A stretch of 64,000 bases of DNA from Dehalococcoidia bacterium (GTDB lineage: Bacteria; Chloroflexota; Dehalococcoidia; Bin125), in assembly GCA_963663235.2 (NCBI GenBank), contig CAXXNO010000009.1, positions 1-64,000 on the forward strand, written 5' to 3'. The first letter of the stretch is position 1. Each line of letters begins with the position of its first letter. The notes under the pieces are model-generated. The model was not told the origin of the DNA and searched no databases. It was given only the letters and a program-made list of their open reading frames with translations. Shown piece by piece: positions 48,118 through 58,577 of this stretch. Made by a program: the position numbers and the translations under genes.

Positions 48118-49530
48118 TCACCTCAGGCGCCAGCGCCTGGGTGCGATCAGCGCGTCCGCCTGGGACGGACCCCAGGTCCCGGCGGGATAGAAGCGGATGG
48201 GCGGGGGTGCGTCCAGCACGGGCTGCACGACGGACCAGGCCAGATCGACCTCGTCGGCGCGGGCGAAGAGCGTGTGCTCCCCTCCCATGGCCGCGTGGAA
48301 GAGGCGCTCGTAGGCCTCAGGGGGCTGGGCCTCAAAGGAGCGAACGTAGGAGAAGTCCATCTCGACCGGCTGCACACGCAGCGTGGGGCCAGGCTCCTTG
48401 GCCAAGAAGCCCAAGGAGATCCCTTCCTGCGGCTGGATACGGATGAGCAAATGATTGGACTCCAAGTCCTCTACCTCCGACTGCTGGAAGAACCGCACCG
48501 GCGCAGGCCGGAAGCTCACATAGACCTCGACGGTGCGACCCGCCAACCGCTTGCCGGTGCGTAAGTAGAACGGCACGCCGGCCCAGCGCCAGTTATCGAT
48601 CTCCAGGCGAATGGCCGTGTAGGTCTCCGTGGCCGAGTCCGGGTCGACGCCTTCTTCCTCGCGATAGCCGGGCACGTCGTCACCGTTCACCGCGCCCCGC
48701 GCGTACTGGCCGCGCACCACGGCGGCGGCCTCCACAGGCCGCACGGCGTGGAGGAGCTTCACCTTCTCGTCGCGGATCGCTTCGGGCTCAAAGGAGCGCG
48801 GGGGCTCCATGGTGAGGAGGGTCAAGACCTGCAGTGTGTGGTTCTGGATAACGTCGCGCAGCGCGCCGACCTCTTCGTAGAATTCGCCCCGGCTCTCCAC
48901 GCCGATCGATTCGGCCATCGTGATCTGCACGTGGTCGATGGCGTCGCGGTCCCAGACGCGCTCGAACATGGAGTTCCCGAAGCGCAGCACCAACAGGTTC
49001 TGCACCGACTCCTTGCCCAAGTAGTGATCGACACGGAAGACCTGGGATTCGTCGAAGAACTCGTGGACAGTCCGGTTGAGCTCTCGCGCCGAGAGGCGGT
49101 CCCGGCCGAACGGCTTCTCAATCACCAAGCGGGTGTCGCGCACGAGGTCATGCTGAGCGAGGCCCTGGACCGTGGAGGAGAACGCGGAGGGTGGCGTGGA
49201 GAGGTGCACAATGCGTCCGGGCCGGGTGCGCTGCGCGACCTCATCTAGACCGCCCAGGCGGGCGCAGACGAAGCCCAAGCGAGCGGCGAAGCGGTCCCAG
49301 GCGGCCGGGTCCACGTCGCGGCGGGAGAACTCCCGGACCGCCTCTTCCGAACGCGCCCGGAACGCCGCGTCCGTGAGGTCGCGGCGCGAGTAGCCGATGA
49401 TGCGAGCGTCCTGCGGCAAGAAGCCGTCCAGGTGAAGGTTGTACAGGGCCGGGAGCAGCTTGCGGCGCGCCAGATCGCCCGTCGCGCCGACGATGACGAA
49501 GTCCAGTGCCGGGGGAGCCCGGCCGCTCAT
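48118..49530 (-). CDS. zwf: Glucose-6-phosphate dehydrogenase
   Basis: GATGDLA, EKPFG, RVDHYLGKE, RWAGVPFYLRTGK. Confidence 0.96.
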   Translation of the reverse strand: MSGRAPPALDFVIVGATGDLARRKLLPALYNLHLDGFLPQDARIIGYSRRDLTDAAFRARSEEAVREFSRRDVDPAAWDRFAARLGFVCARLGGLDEVAQRTRPGRIVHLSTPPSAFSSTVQGLAQHDLVRDTRLVIEKPFGRDRLSARELNRTVHEFFDESQVFRVDHYLGKESVQNLLVLRFGNSMFERVWDRDAIDHVQITMAESIGVESRGEFYEEVGALRDVIQNHTLQVLTLLTMEPPRSFEPEAIRDEKVKLLHAVRPVEAAAVVRGQYARGAVNGDDVPGYREEEGVDPDSATETYTAIRLEIDNWRWAGVPFYLRTGKRLAGRTVEVYVSFRPAPVRFFQQSEVEDLESNHLLIRIQPQEGISLGFLAKEPGPTLRVQPVEMDFSYVRSFEAQPPEAYERLFHAAMGGEHTLFARADEVDLAWSVVQPVLDAPPPIRFYPAGTWGPSQADALIAPRRWRLR

Positions 49531-50396
49531 TCCTCACGCACCGCGTGCCCCCCGAACTGCTGTCGCAGGGCCGCGATCATCCGCATCGCGAAGGGGTTGT
49601 CGTCCCTGGAAGTGAAGCGGCTGAACAGCGACAGCGTCAGGACGGGCGCGGGGACGCCCCGTTCCACGGCATCCTGCACCATCCAGCGTCCCTCGCCGGA
49701 GTCGTCCACGTAGCCGCGAAGCCCCTCCAACGTAGGATCCTCCTCAAACGCGCGCTCGGCCAACTCCAAGAGCCAGGAGCGCACGACGCTGCCGTGGTTC
49801 CACAGGGCAGCCACGCCGCGCAGGTCCAGATCGAACTCCGACGCCTGCATGAGATCGAACCCCTCGGCGTAGGCTTGCAGCATCCCGTACTCGATGCCGT
49901 TGTGAACCATCTTGGTGAAGTGTCCCGCGCCCGAAGCGCCCACGTAGGCGTAGCCATCCTGCGGCGCGAGCGCGACCAGCGCCGGCTCCAGCGTATCGAA
50001 GGCGTCGCGGGGCCCACCGACCATCAGACAGAACCCCACCTCCTCGCCCCAGACACCGCCGGAGGTTCCCACGTCCACGAACCTGAGCCCCTGCTCCTCC
50101 AGCGTCCGGGCCCGGCGCACCGAATCCTTGTAGTAGCTATTGCCGCCATCCACCAGGATGTCACCGCGAGAGAGGAGGGGGCTGAGCGAGTCGATCGTCG
50201 ATTGCGTGGGATCACCGGCCGGCACCATGATCCAGACGACGCGGGGCGGGTGAAGCGCGTCGACGAGGTCCTGCATCGAGGCGACATCGGAGACGGCGGG
50301 GTCGCGATCGTAGCCGACCACCTCGTGGCCAAGGCGACGCAGGCGCGCCGCCATCCCGCCGCCCATCCGCCCCATTCCAACGATCGCGATTTTCAT
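49527..50396 (-). CDS. gnd: 6-phosphogluconate dehydrogenase (short decarboxylating type)
   Basis: GMGRMG, DGGNS, KMVHNGIEYG, DDSGEGRW, LRQQFGGH. Confidence 0.95.
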   Translation of the reverse strand: MKIAIVGMGRMGGGMAARLRRLGHEVVGYDRDPAVSDVASMQDLVDALHPPRVVWIMVPAGDPTQSTIDSLSPLLSRGDILVDGGNSYYKDSVRRARTLEEQGLRFVDVGTSGGVWGEEVGFCLMVGGPRDAFDTLEPALVALAPQDGYAYVGASGAGHFTKMVHNGIEYGMLQAYAEGFDLMQASEFDLDLRGVAALWNHGSVVRSWLLELAERAFEEDPTLEGLRGYVDDSGEGRWMVQDAVERGVPAPVLTLSLFSRFTSRDDNPFAMRMIAALRQQFGGHAVREE

Positions 50397-53029
50397 CGGA
50401 TCAGCTCCTGTAGTTGGGACAAAGTGACGCGCGCGACCTGTCGATCATGCGCGCGCAACGATTCGAGGTCGCCCAAGGCCTGCGCCCGTGAGAGCTCGCC
50501 GAAGGTGTACGGCTGTCCAGGAATCGGCACGTCCACGCCGCCCTCGTCGACGACCTGGATGAAAATGCCGTTGTTGCGGCCGCCCTTGTGGTATTGCCCG
50601 GTGGAGTGGAGGAAACGCGGGCCGTAGCCCACGGTGGTAGCGACCCGCAAGCGATCGCGCAGGGCCAGGCGCACGGCCTGGAGGTGGACATCGACCTCGG
50701 GGCGGCGGGGCAGATAGGCGAGGATGGCGACGTAGTCACCGAGCCGGACCTGGTTAAGCAGATCCTCCAGCGCCGGCGTCTCCGGCACGGCCGCGCCTTC
50801 CTTCAAGATCCGCGCAGTCGCATCCTTGGCCTCCTGCACGTTCGGCTGGTCGAAGGGGTCGATGCTGAGGAGATAGCCCGCCACGGCGGTGGCGAAGGCC
50901 CAGCGGATGAACCCGCCGCCGATCTGGTCCGGCTCCGAGTAGGGCAAGCGGACGACGGGGTGGCCCGCGGCGGCGAGCGCCTCGAGACCTTCGTGGTCCC
51001 CCACGGCGACGAACAGGCGGTCGTCGCCGTAGACCTCGGGCGCACCCAGCGGCTCTCCCTCCACCGGGAGGATCCCCGTCCCCTCCTTGCCGGTGGATTC
51101 GGCGATGAGTTGTTCCACCCAGGTGCCGAAAGTCGCGACGGGCGGCGGGAGGACAAACGTGAGCTTGTCCCGCCCGAACAGCGCGGCCGTCCCGATGATC
51201 GCTCCCAGCCAGGCGCCCGGGTTGTCGTTGATCGAGACGCAGGGATGGCAAGCGTGGAGCATCTCGTGCGCCTGATCCAGCAAGTGGCCGATATCGGCGC
51301 CGATCAAGGCGGCGGGCACCATTCCGAAGTAGGAGATGGCGGAGTAGCGGCCGCCGATATCGCTGCGGTTCAGAAACACGCGGCGGAACTTGCGTGCGCG
51401 GGCTTCGTGTTCGAGCGAGGTGCCGGGGTCCGTGATGGCGATGAAGTGGCTGCCGTCGGGCACGATGTTCCAGAAGTAGGCGAGCTGCGACAGCGTCTCG
51501 ATGGTTGCGCCGGACTTGCTGGCGACGATAAACAGGGTCCGGTCCCGGTCGATCCGTTGCTCCAGGGCGCGGATGCTCTCGGGCAGGGTGGTGTCCAGGA
51601 TTTCGAGTCGCAGGGCGCCGGGCGCCACACCACAGGTCGCCTGCAAGACCTCCGGCGCCAGGCTCGATCCGCCCATGCCCAGCAACACCGCGGTGTCGAA
51701 CCCCGCGCCCGCCACCTCCTGGGCCAAGCGCTGAAGGTCAGGCACCTCGTCCATCATCTCGTCGACGACGGTGATCCAGCCCAGCCGGTCGGGGATCTCG
51801 CGCGGCTCCAGCTTCCACAAGGTGTAGTCGCCGGCCCAGAGACGATGCACGACCTCCTGCTGCTCCAGCGCCTGCAGGCGGGTCTCGACCCGCGGGGCGA
51901 GATCGGCGAGCCGTGCGGAGTGCCGCGGCTTTCCGGCCGGCAAGGCCGTGAGCGAGTCGCCGATGCAGGAGAGCAGGCCCTCAAAGTCGGCGGCGAAGGA
52001 GGCCAGTCCGTCTCGCAACAAGCGATCGGTCGTCGCGCCGAGGTCGACGCCTTCGGCGTGAAGGGCGTCGAGCGTTTGCGCGGCGGCGTCCAGGGCGCCA
52101 TCGACCGCGCGGGGGTCGACGCGGCCGTGGTCGACGAAGGCGAGGAGCGTCGTCTCCGGCACGGTGTTCACCGTGTCGGGCGCGATCAACCCATCGACGT
52201 AGAGGAGATCGGGGTAGGCCTTGTTTTTGGTGCTGGTGGAGGCCCACAGCGGGCGCTGCAGACGCGCGCCCGCCGAGGCGAGAGTCTCCCAGCGCGGGCC
52301 GCTGAACAGATCGCGGTAGCGGCGGTAGGCGAAACGCGCATTGGCGATCGCCGCCGTACCGCGCAGAGGCGAATCCTCGGGCAGTTGCGCGTCGACGGCG
52401 GTATCGACCCGCGAGACGAAGAACGAGGCCACGCCGGCGATCCCCGCGAGCGGCCGGCGCGCCTCCAAGCGCCGCTCCAGGCCCGCCATGTAGGCCTGGG
52501 CGACCTGTTCGTAGACCGCCACGCTAAAAAGCAGCGTGACGTTGACGTTGATCCCCTCGGCGATCAGGTCCTCCAGGGCGCGGACACCCGCCGGCGTGCC
52601 CGGGACCTTAATCATCAGATTAGGCCGGTCCACCATCTGGAACAGCCGGGTGGCTTCGGCCACCGTGCCGGCGTGATCGTTCGCCAGGCTGGGCGCGACC
52701 TCCAGGGAGACGTAGCCGTCGGCGCGGTCCGTGCGATCGTAGACGGGGCGCAAGACGTCCGCGGCCAGGCGCATGTCGTCCACGGCCAAGCGAGCGAACA
52801 CGTCGATCGGCTCCGTGGCACCGGCGGCCGCGATGGCGTGGAGCGCGTCATCGTAGTCGGTGGAGCCGGAGATCGCCTTGGCGAAGATCGTCGGGTTGGA
52901 GGTGAGGCCGGTGATCCAGCCGTCGCGGACGTAGCGGGCCAGCGCGCCCGAGGTCACAAAGCCGCGCCGGATGAAATCCAGCCACAGACTCTGTCCCGCC
53001 TGACTCAGAGCCTGAATGGAAGTCGACAT
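50393..53029 (-). CDS. tal-pgi: Bifunctional transaldolase / glucose-6-phosphate isomerase
   Basis: GLTSNPTIF, MIKVPGT, LWASTSTK followed by GMGGSSL, SKSG, EQLIAESTGK, DQPNVQ. Confidence 0.93.
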   Translation of the reverse strand: MSTSIQALSQAGQSLWLDFIRRGFVTSGALARYVRDGWITGLTSNPTIFAKAISGSTDYDDALHAIAAAGATEPIDVFARLAVDDMRLAADVLRPVYDRTDRADGYVSLEVAPSLANDHAGTVAEATRLFQMVDRPNLMIKVPGTPAGVRALEDLIAEGINVNVTLLFSVAVYEQVAQAYMAGLERRLEARRPLAGIAGVASFFVSRVDTAVDAQLPEDSPLRGTAAIANARFAYRRYRDLFSGPRWETLASAGARLQRPLWASTSTKNKAYPDLLYVDGLIAPDTVNTVPETTLLAFVDHGRVDPRAVDGALDAAAQTLDALHAEGVDLGATTDRLLRDGLASFAADFEGLLSCIGDSLTALPAGKPRHSARLADLAPRVETRLQALEQQEVVHRLWAGDYTLWKLEPREIPDRLGWITVVDEMMDEVPDLQRLAQEVAGAGFDTAVLLGMGGSSLAPEVLQATCGVAPGALRLEILDTTLPESIRALEQRIDRDRTLFIVASKSGATIETLSQLAYFWNIVPDGSHFIAITDPGTSLEHEARARKFRRVFLNRSDIGGRYSAISYFGMVPAALIGADIGHLLDQAHEMLHACHPCVSINDNPGAWLGAIIGTAALFGRDKLTFVLPPPVATFGTWVEQLIAESTGKEGTGILPVEGEPLGAPEVYGDDRLFVAVGDHEGLEALAAAGHPVVRLPYSEPDQIGGGFIRWAFATAVAGYLLSIDPFDQPNVQEAKDATARILKEGAAVPETPALEDLLNQVRLGDYVAILAYLPRRPEVDVHLQAVRLALRDRLRVATTVGYGPRFLHSTGQYHKGGRNNGIFIQVVDEGGVDVPIPGQPYTFGELSRAQALGDLESLRAHDRQVARVTLSQLQELIR

Positions 53030-53032
53030 GGC

Positions 53033-53491
53033 TCACTCCCGTCGCAGATAGCGCTCCTCGATGGCTTGCACCTTGCGGAGGCGGCGCACATGCCGCTCGG
53101 CCCCGGAGAAGGTCGCCGCCTGCCAGACGCGCACGATCTCCACAGCGAGGCTGGGACCGATGACGCGAGCGCCGAGGCAGAGGACGTTCATGTCGTCATC
53201 TTCAACGCCCTGGCGGGCGGAAAACGTATCGTGGCAGAGGCCGGCGCGGACTCCCGGCGTCTTATTCGCCGCCACCGAAGCGCCGACGCCGCTGCCGCAT
53301 ATCAGCAGCCCCCGCTCCGCCTGCGCCGCCGCGACCGCGCCGGCCACGGCGTCCGCGTAGTCAGGATAATCCACGGCCTCGGTGCTGTCGGTCCCGAGGT
53401 CCAAGACCTCGTGGCCCAAGCGTCGGAACTCCTCCGCGATCTCGGCTTTGAGAGGGAACCCGGCATGGTCCACGCCCAGGGCGACTCGCAT
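53033..53491 (-). CDS. rpiB: Ribose-5-phosphate isomerase B
   Basis: DHAG, DYPD, CGSGVG, AANK, RHVRRL. Confidence 0.95.
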   Translation of the reverse strand: MRVALGVDHAGFPLKAEIAEEFRRLGHEVLDLGTDSTEAVDYPDYADAVAGAVAAAQAERGLLICGSGVGASVAANKTPGVRAGLCHDTFSARQGVEDDDMNVLCLGARVIGPSLAVEIVRVWQAATFSGAERHVRRLRKVQAIEERYLRRE

Positions 53492-53492
53492 G

Positions 53493-55523
53493 TCAGCCGG
53501 CCTCCCGGGAGAACTGCTCGGCCCGCGCCGCCGCCCGTTCCGCCACGCGCTGGGCGGTGAGACCGAACTCCTTGAACAACTCCTCGGCGGGGGCCGAAGC
53601 GCCGAAGTGGTCGAGCGCCACGACATCGCCGTGGTCGCCCACGTAGTGGCGCCAGCCCTGCGGCGACGCCGCCTCCACGGAGACGCGCACCCGCACGTCC
53701 GGGGGCAACACCGCATTTCTCGTCGATTGGAGCTGCTCCTCGAAGAGCTCCCAGCTGGGCATACTCACGACCCGCGCGCGCAGGCCCCGTTGCGCGAGCA
53801 GATCGCGCGCGGCGAGGGCGATCGAGACCTCGGATCCCGTGGCCAGCAGGAGGAGATCGGGTGAGCCGGAGCCGGCATCGGTGTCGGCATCGGCGAGCAC
53901 GTACGCGCCCTGCGCCACGCCGGCATTGACCCGATCGACATCGTCGAGGACGGGCAGTTTCTGGCGAGTCAGCACGAGGACCGAGGGGCCGGGCCGGGTG
54001 ATGGCGAGGCGCCAGCAGGCGGCCGTCTCGTTGGCGTCGGCGGGGCGGAAGACAGTGAGCCCCGGGATCGCTCGCAGCGAGGCGAGGTGCTCAATGGGCT
54101 GATGCGTGGGGCCATCCTCCCCGAGGCCGATGCTGTCGTGCGTGAAGATGAAGACGACGTGCGCCTCCTGCAGCGCAGCGAGGCGGAGCGCCGGCCGCAT
54201 GTAGTCAGAGAAGACCAAGAAGGTCGCCGCGTAGGGGATGACGCCACCGTGCAGCGCCATGCCGTTGACGATGTTGCCCATCGCGTGCTCGCGCACGCCG
54301 AAGTGGATGTTGTGGCCGCACCATTCGTCGAGGCCGAGGTCGCCGTAGCCTTGCAAGTACGTGTTGGTGGAGGGGGCGAGGTCGGCCGATCCGCCCACCA
54401 GGGTCTGCAGGCGCTCGATCAGCGCGTTGAGCACCTTCCCCGACGCCTGGCGCGTGGCCATTCCGCCATCGGCGGACGAGAACGCCGGGAGGGCGTCCGC
54501 CCACCCGTCGGGGAGCGAACCGGCGGTCACGGCGCGCAGCGATCGGGCGTCGTCCGGGTAGGCGCGCTCATAGGCGGCATAGCGGTCGTTCCACTCATCC
54601 TCCCAGCGGCGGCCACGGTCCAGCGCGTTGCGGAACTCGCTCAGCGCGTCGTCCGGCACGAAGAAGGCCGGCTCCTCGGGCCAGCCCAGAGCGCGCTTCG
54701 TGCGCCGCACTTCTTCATCGCCCAGCGGCGCGCCGTGCACCTCGGGCGTGCCGGCGCGGGCGGGGCTGCCGAAGCCGATCACGGTGCGGGCCATGATCAG
54801 CGAGGGCCTGGCCGTTTCGGCGCGGGCCCGCTCGATGGCGGCGGCGACGGCTTCCACGTCGTTGCCGTCGACGCGCTGCACGTGCCAGTCGTAGGCCTGG
54901 AAGCGGCGACCGACTTGCTCCGTGAAGGCGATCTCGGTGCCGCCCTCGATGGAGATGCCGTTGTCGTCGTAGAGGTAGATGAGCTTGCCGAGGCCGAGCG
55001 TGCCCGCCAGGCTGGCCGCCTCCGACGACACGCCCTCCATGAGGTCGCCGTCGCTGACGATGCCGTAGACGTAGTGGTCCACGACATCAAACCGCGGCCG
55101 GTTGAAGTGCTCAGCGAGGAAGCGTTCCGCCACGGCCATGCCCACGCCCATCGCGAAGCCCGCGCCGAGCGGTCCCGTGGTGAGCTCGACGCCGGGCGTG
55201 AGGCCGCGCTCCGGGTGGCCGGGGGTCTTGCTGCCCAACTGCCGGAAGCGCTGCAGCTCCTCCAGCGGCAAGTCGTAGCCGGTCAGAGCGAGGAGGGCGT
55301 ACAGGAGCAAGGAAGCGTGCCCGGGAGAGAGCACGAAGCGATCCCGGTCCGGCCAGTCGGGATTGGCGGGATTGTGGCGGAGGAAGCGGGTCCACAGCGT
55401 GTACGCCATAGCGGCCGCGCCCATGGGTGTGCCGGGATGCCCGGAGTTCGCCTTTTGCACGGCGTCCATCGCCAGCGTCCGGATCGTGTTGATGCAGCGC
55501 TCGTCGAGTGGAGAGTTGGCCAC
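53493..55523 (-). CDS. tkt: Transketolase
   Basis: [45 protein letters not shown]. Confidence 0.96.
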   Translation of the reverse strand: MANSPLDERCINTIRTLAMDAVQKANSGHPGTPMGAAAMAYTLWTRFLRHNPANPDWPDRDRFVLSPGHASLLLYALLALTGYDLPLEELQRFRQLGSKTPGHPERGLTPGVELTTGPLGAGFAMGVGMAVAERFLAEHFNRPRFDVVDHYVYGIVSDGDLMEGVSSEAASLAGTLGLGKLIYLYDDNGISIEGGTEIAFTEQVGRRFQAYDWHVQRVDGNDVEAVAAAIERARAETARPSLIMARTVIGFGSPARAGTPEVHGAPLGDEEVRRTKRALGWPEEPAFFVPDDALSEFRNALDRGRRWEDEWNDRYAAYERAYPDDARSLRAVTAGSLPDGWADALPAFSSADGGMATRQASGKVLNALIERLQTLVGGSADLAPSTNTYLQGYGDLGLDEWCGHNIHFGVREHAMGNIVNGMALHGGVIPYAATFLVFSDYMRPALRLAALQEAHVVFIFTHDSIGLGEDGPTHQPIEHLASLRAIPGLTVFRPADANETAACWRLAITRPGPSVLVLTRQKLPVLDDVDRVNAGVAQGAYVLADADTDAGSGSPDLLLLATGSEVSIALAARDLLAQRGLRARVVSMPSWELFEEQLQSTRNAVLPPDVRVRVSVEAASPQGWRHYVGDHGDVVALDHFGASAPAEELFKEFGLTAQRVAERAAARAEQFSREAG

Positions 55524-55677
55524 GTCGCCCTCCCCTTTCCCCAGGTATGGCCCACCGAGTCTACGGAGCCGCCGGTCCGTCAACAATCAGCCGGGCCAAG
55601 CCCTTTTTCCCAACGCCGCCGTGCCGACCCGCCATCGCATCCGCCACGGACCGTTGTGCCACCCGGCGATCCGGCCA

Positions 55678-56277
55678 TCAATCGTGAACGAAGCGCGTGG
55701 CCTGCCGGTCCTTGGCGTCCGGCGGCAAGTGCAGAAAGCGCAGGCGAAGCTCATCCCAGAGCGCCAGGCGGGTCCAGTCGGGCGGGGAGAGATTGTGGTC
55801 GTCGTCGTCGAGGAAGGGGTTGGGCAAGAAGACGGTCAACTGCTGCTCGTCCTTGCCGTTGAAGAGCCGCAGCCCCCAACTCACCGGATTCCCGTCAGGT
55901 CCCAGCCGCCGGTAGAGCTCCGCGCGCGCCGTGCGGCGGTGTCGCGCCAGTTCCGGAGCGACGGGGTTGCGCGCGGATCCCTTGTGCTCGCCGATGCAGA
56001 TGTGAAGGTGCCAGTGGCCGAAATCGACGGTGAGGTAGCCGTCCAGCATCGCCACACGCGCCGGGGGCGAGGGCGCCCGAATCTCGAAGACCGCGCCCTG
56101 GATCAAGGTGCCGAAACGGATGTCCGCCCAGCGCTGCTGGAACAGATCCTTCAAGAGCGCCAGCAGTGTGGGCTCCGAAGTATCGAGCGGGAAGAGATCC
56201 AGCGTGCCGTTGCCCGGCTCATGGACCGTGCGGCCAGCGGCGGCGGCCTCGCCCGAGGCGCTCTCCGTAGTGGGCAT
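55678..56277 (-). CDS. Conserved hypothetical protein, last gene of the nitrile hydratase operon
   Basis: Start overlaps the upstream stop (TGATG); HWHLHICIGEH motif. Confidence 0.75.
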   Translation of the reverse strand: MPTTESASGEAAAAGRTVHEPGNGTLDLFPLDTSEPTLLALLKDLFQQRWADIRFGTLIQGAVFEIRAPSPPARVAMLDGYLTVDFGHWHLHICIGEHKGSARNPVAPELARHRRTARAELYRRLGPDGNPVSWGLRLFNGKDEQQLTVFLPNPFLDDDDHNLSPPDWTRLALWDELRLRFLHLPPDAKDRQATRFVHD

Positions 56278-57125
56278 CAGAACACGTCGTCGCGCTCGCC
56301 GAACTCGAACTCGCTGGTCCGTTCGACGATCTCATCGTCCGTCAGGATGCCCCGGCCGGTGAGGACCGATTCGAAGGCGCCGAGCCAGCACTTGTAGTAA
56401 TCGAAGGGCTCATCACCGGCCTCAGCGGAGGCGATGCGCCCGATGAGGCCCCGGCGGAAGTCGTCCCAGTCGTAGAGTTGGTCTTCGTGCAGGGCCGCCG
56501 CCATCCCAAACGCCCGGCCCTCCCACGGCGCCTGGAAAACCAACTCGCCGTTCTTGCGGGGCATCGCCGCCGCGCCCTGCATGTCGGCGACGATCCGGCC
56601 GGGATCGGACGCATCGGCTCCGTTCGCTCCGTGGCTGACCGCGCAGGCATCCATCAATTCGGGGCGGGCGTCTCGGCCGCGCCAGCGGCGTCGATCGTCG
56701 AGGGGCTCGCCATCGGGCCGGTCCTGCCAGGCCGAGGCGGTGAACTGGAGTTGCGCGAGCGACAGCGGAGGCGCGAGGTAGTCGTCCGCGTCCAGCATCG
56801 CCTCGATGTAGTCGTAGAGATCAAGGATGAGCGTTTCCGAATTGACGGAGTGAAACCAGAGCGTCCGGCCATCGAAGAGCAGCAGCGCCACGTTGGCGAG
56901 GGCGCAGGGTCCAAGGCAGCCGCCGATGGTGAGATGCACGAAGTTGCGCAGGCGGCGGCGTTCCCACTCCTCGTGATAGAGGTCGACCGGCACGGGGGCG
57001 AAACCGTCCTCGGTGCGGCCGCAGCAGCAGGCGGAGGCGCAGACAAACAGTTGGCCGCGAGCGCGGGCGACGTTCACCAGCACGCCGTCCACGCGAGTGA
57101 CCAGATTGCGGTTGCGGTCGTACAC
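56277..57125 (-). CDS. Fusion of a thioredoxin-like (2Fe-2S) ferredoxin-type domain and a nitrile hydratase accessory protein
   Basis: N-terminal FVC..ACCCG...GCLGPC..ANV; C-terminal PRKNGELVFQAPWEGRAFGMA..W..FR..LI...YY..WL.AFE. Confidence 0.8.
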   Translation of the reverse strand: MYDRNRNLVTRVDGVLVNVARARGQLFVCASACCCGRTEDGFAPVPVDLYHEEWERRRLRNFVHLTIGGCLGPCALANVALLLFDGRTLWFHSVNSETLILDLYDYIEAMLDADDYLAPPLSLAQLQFTASAWQDRPDGEPLDDRRRWRGRDARPELMDACAVSHGANGADASDPGRIVADMQGAAAMPRKNGELVFQAPWEGRAFGMAAALHEDQLYDWDDFRRGLIGRIASAEAGDEPFDYYKCWLGAFESVLTGRGILTDDEIVERTSEFEFGERDDVF

Positions 57126-57134
57126 GGCCGTCGC

Positions 57135-57734
57135 TCAGCCGACCAGCGCGGGCGAAGGGACATCGGCCACGCCGATCATGGCGTCGCGGGTGACGAGCGG
57201 CACCAGCTCCTCCTCGCTCAGCCGCTCCGTGCCGGGAGGCCGCTGCGGCAGCACCATGTAGCGCAGCTCGGCGCTGCTGTCCCAGACGCGGATTTCGCGC
57301 GCGTCATCGATCTCCAGCCCGAACTCCCGCAGCACGCTGCGTGGCTCGATGACGACGCGCGAGCGGTAAGGCGGCGACTTGTACCAGGCGGGCGGCAGGC
57401 CCAGCACCGGCCAGGGATAGCAGGAGCAAAGCGTACAGACGACGACGTTGTGCACATCCGGGGTGTTCTCCACCACGTTGAGCATGTCGTACCTCAGGCC
57501 AAACTGGGCCAGCGCCTCGGCGGAGTTGTCCAGAAGCAGCCGCTTGTACGCGGGATCGACCCAGGCGCGGGCCACAGCGCGGGCGCCGATCATGGGGCCG
57601 GTGTCGTCCTGGAAGCGGCCGACCACCTTGTCGACCGTGTCGGAGGCGAGGATGCCCTTCTCCAGCAGCAGCGACTCCAGCGCCCGCACGCGGGAGGCCA
57701 CGTACGGCTCCACGTTGGGATGGTTCTTGCCCAT
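57135..57734 (-). CDS. nthA: Cobalt-type nitrile hydratase alpha subunit
   Basis: [20 protein letters not shown]; Thr and Tyr positions indicate the Co type. Confidence 0.96.
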   Translation of the reverse strand: MGKNHPNVEPYVASRVRALESLLLEKGILASDTVDKVVGRFQDDTGPMIGARAVARAWVDPAYKRLLLDNSAEALAQFGLRYDMLNVVENTPDVHNVVVCTLCSCYPWPVLGLPPAWYKSPPYRSRVVIEPRSVLREFGLEIDDAREIRVWDSSAELRYMVLPQRPPGTERLSEEELVPLVTRDAMIGVADVPSPALVG

Positions 57735-57770
57735 GCCTTCAGCCTTTCACCGCTCTAAACGGGCGCCGCC

Positions 57771-58454
57771 TCAGGCGGGCAGCAGATAGGTCTCCCACAG
57801 ATCGAGGTAGAGCGCCTCGCGGCCTTCGACCGACTCGCCCCACAGATCGCGCGCGTCGAAGCGGACGCTGTAGACGGGCTGCGGCTCCTCGCCGCGCTCG
57901 TGCGCGTTGGCATCCGGGAAGACGAAGACGCCGTGCAGGCGATCGATGACGCCGCGCTTGCCCCGCGCGTATCGAGGCAGGCGGGTGTGCGCGTGGGGCT
58001 GGATGTTCCTGGTGACCACGGCGTCGCCCAGCGCGAAGCGGGGTGGGGCCGCAGCGGGGCGGCGGAAGGGGTGGGTCCCGGACGTCGTGGCGGGGGGCTG
58101 GAACGGCTCCCCCGACGCCGACGAAGCGGCCGGGGCGGGCGTCGCGTCCGGGTTGTCTTGGATGAGGGCGGTGCGCCGGTCCAACTCCTCCTCGGTGACC
58201 ACGCCCTTCTCGGTGAGCACACGGGTCATGCCAGCGAGCCAGCGCTCGTAGTAGGTGGAAGCGAGGTAGCGGGCGGGTTGCATGCGCTCGATGCCGTGGC
58301 GGAACTCATCGAGGTTGTAGGCGCGGGCGCGGAGCAGGCCGAAGTTGAGGCCGCAAACGGTGCGCTCCCAAGCGTCGTGGAAGACGGGCTCGTTCTCCTC
58401 GCGCTCGACAGGGCCGAAGCCGTGCATGCCGCCCATGTCGTGCACGCTGTTCAT
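57771..58454 (-). CDS. nthB: Nitrile hydratase beta subunit
   Basis: MNSVHDMGGMHGFG, DEFRHGIE, YYERWL, HTRLPRYARGKRG, DLWETYL. Confidence 0.96.
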   Translation of the reverse strand: MNSVHDMGGMHGFGPVEREENEPVFHDAWERTVCGLNFGLLRARAYNLDEFRHGIERMQPARYLASTYYERWLAGMTRVLTEKGVVTEEELDRRTALIQDNPDATPAPAASSASGEPFQPPATTSGTHPFRRPAAAPPRFALGDAVVTRNIQPHAHTRLPRYARGKRGVIDRLHGVFVFPDANAHERGEEPQPVYSVRFDARDLWGESVEGREALYLDLWETYLLPA

Positions 58455-58577
58455 CGCCCCTCCTCCCAGCGACCGGAACGGGTCCGAGTATACAGCGGGC
58501 CGGAGTGGACGGCCCGCGTGGACGGCCGAGGGCGGCGCTGCTAGCCTCGCCCGGCCGCGGAAGGATTTGCTCTGACC

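Noticed and set aside
50588-53560. 990-aa plus-strand ORF (likewise 40751..43141, 45368..47374, 54087..55862, 32489..34222)
   Set aside because: Antisense shadows of well-supported minus-strand genes, with no motifs of their own.
58455-58577. Cobalt or cobalamin riboswitch between nthB and the amidase
   Set aside because: The gap is short and shows no recognisable conserved riboswitch elements.
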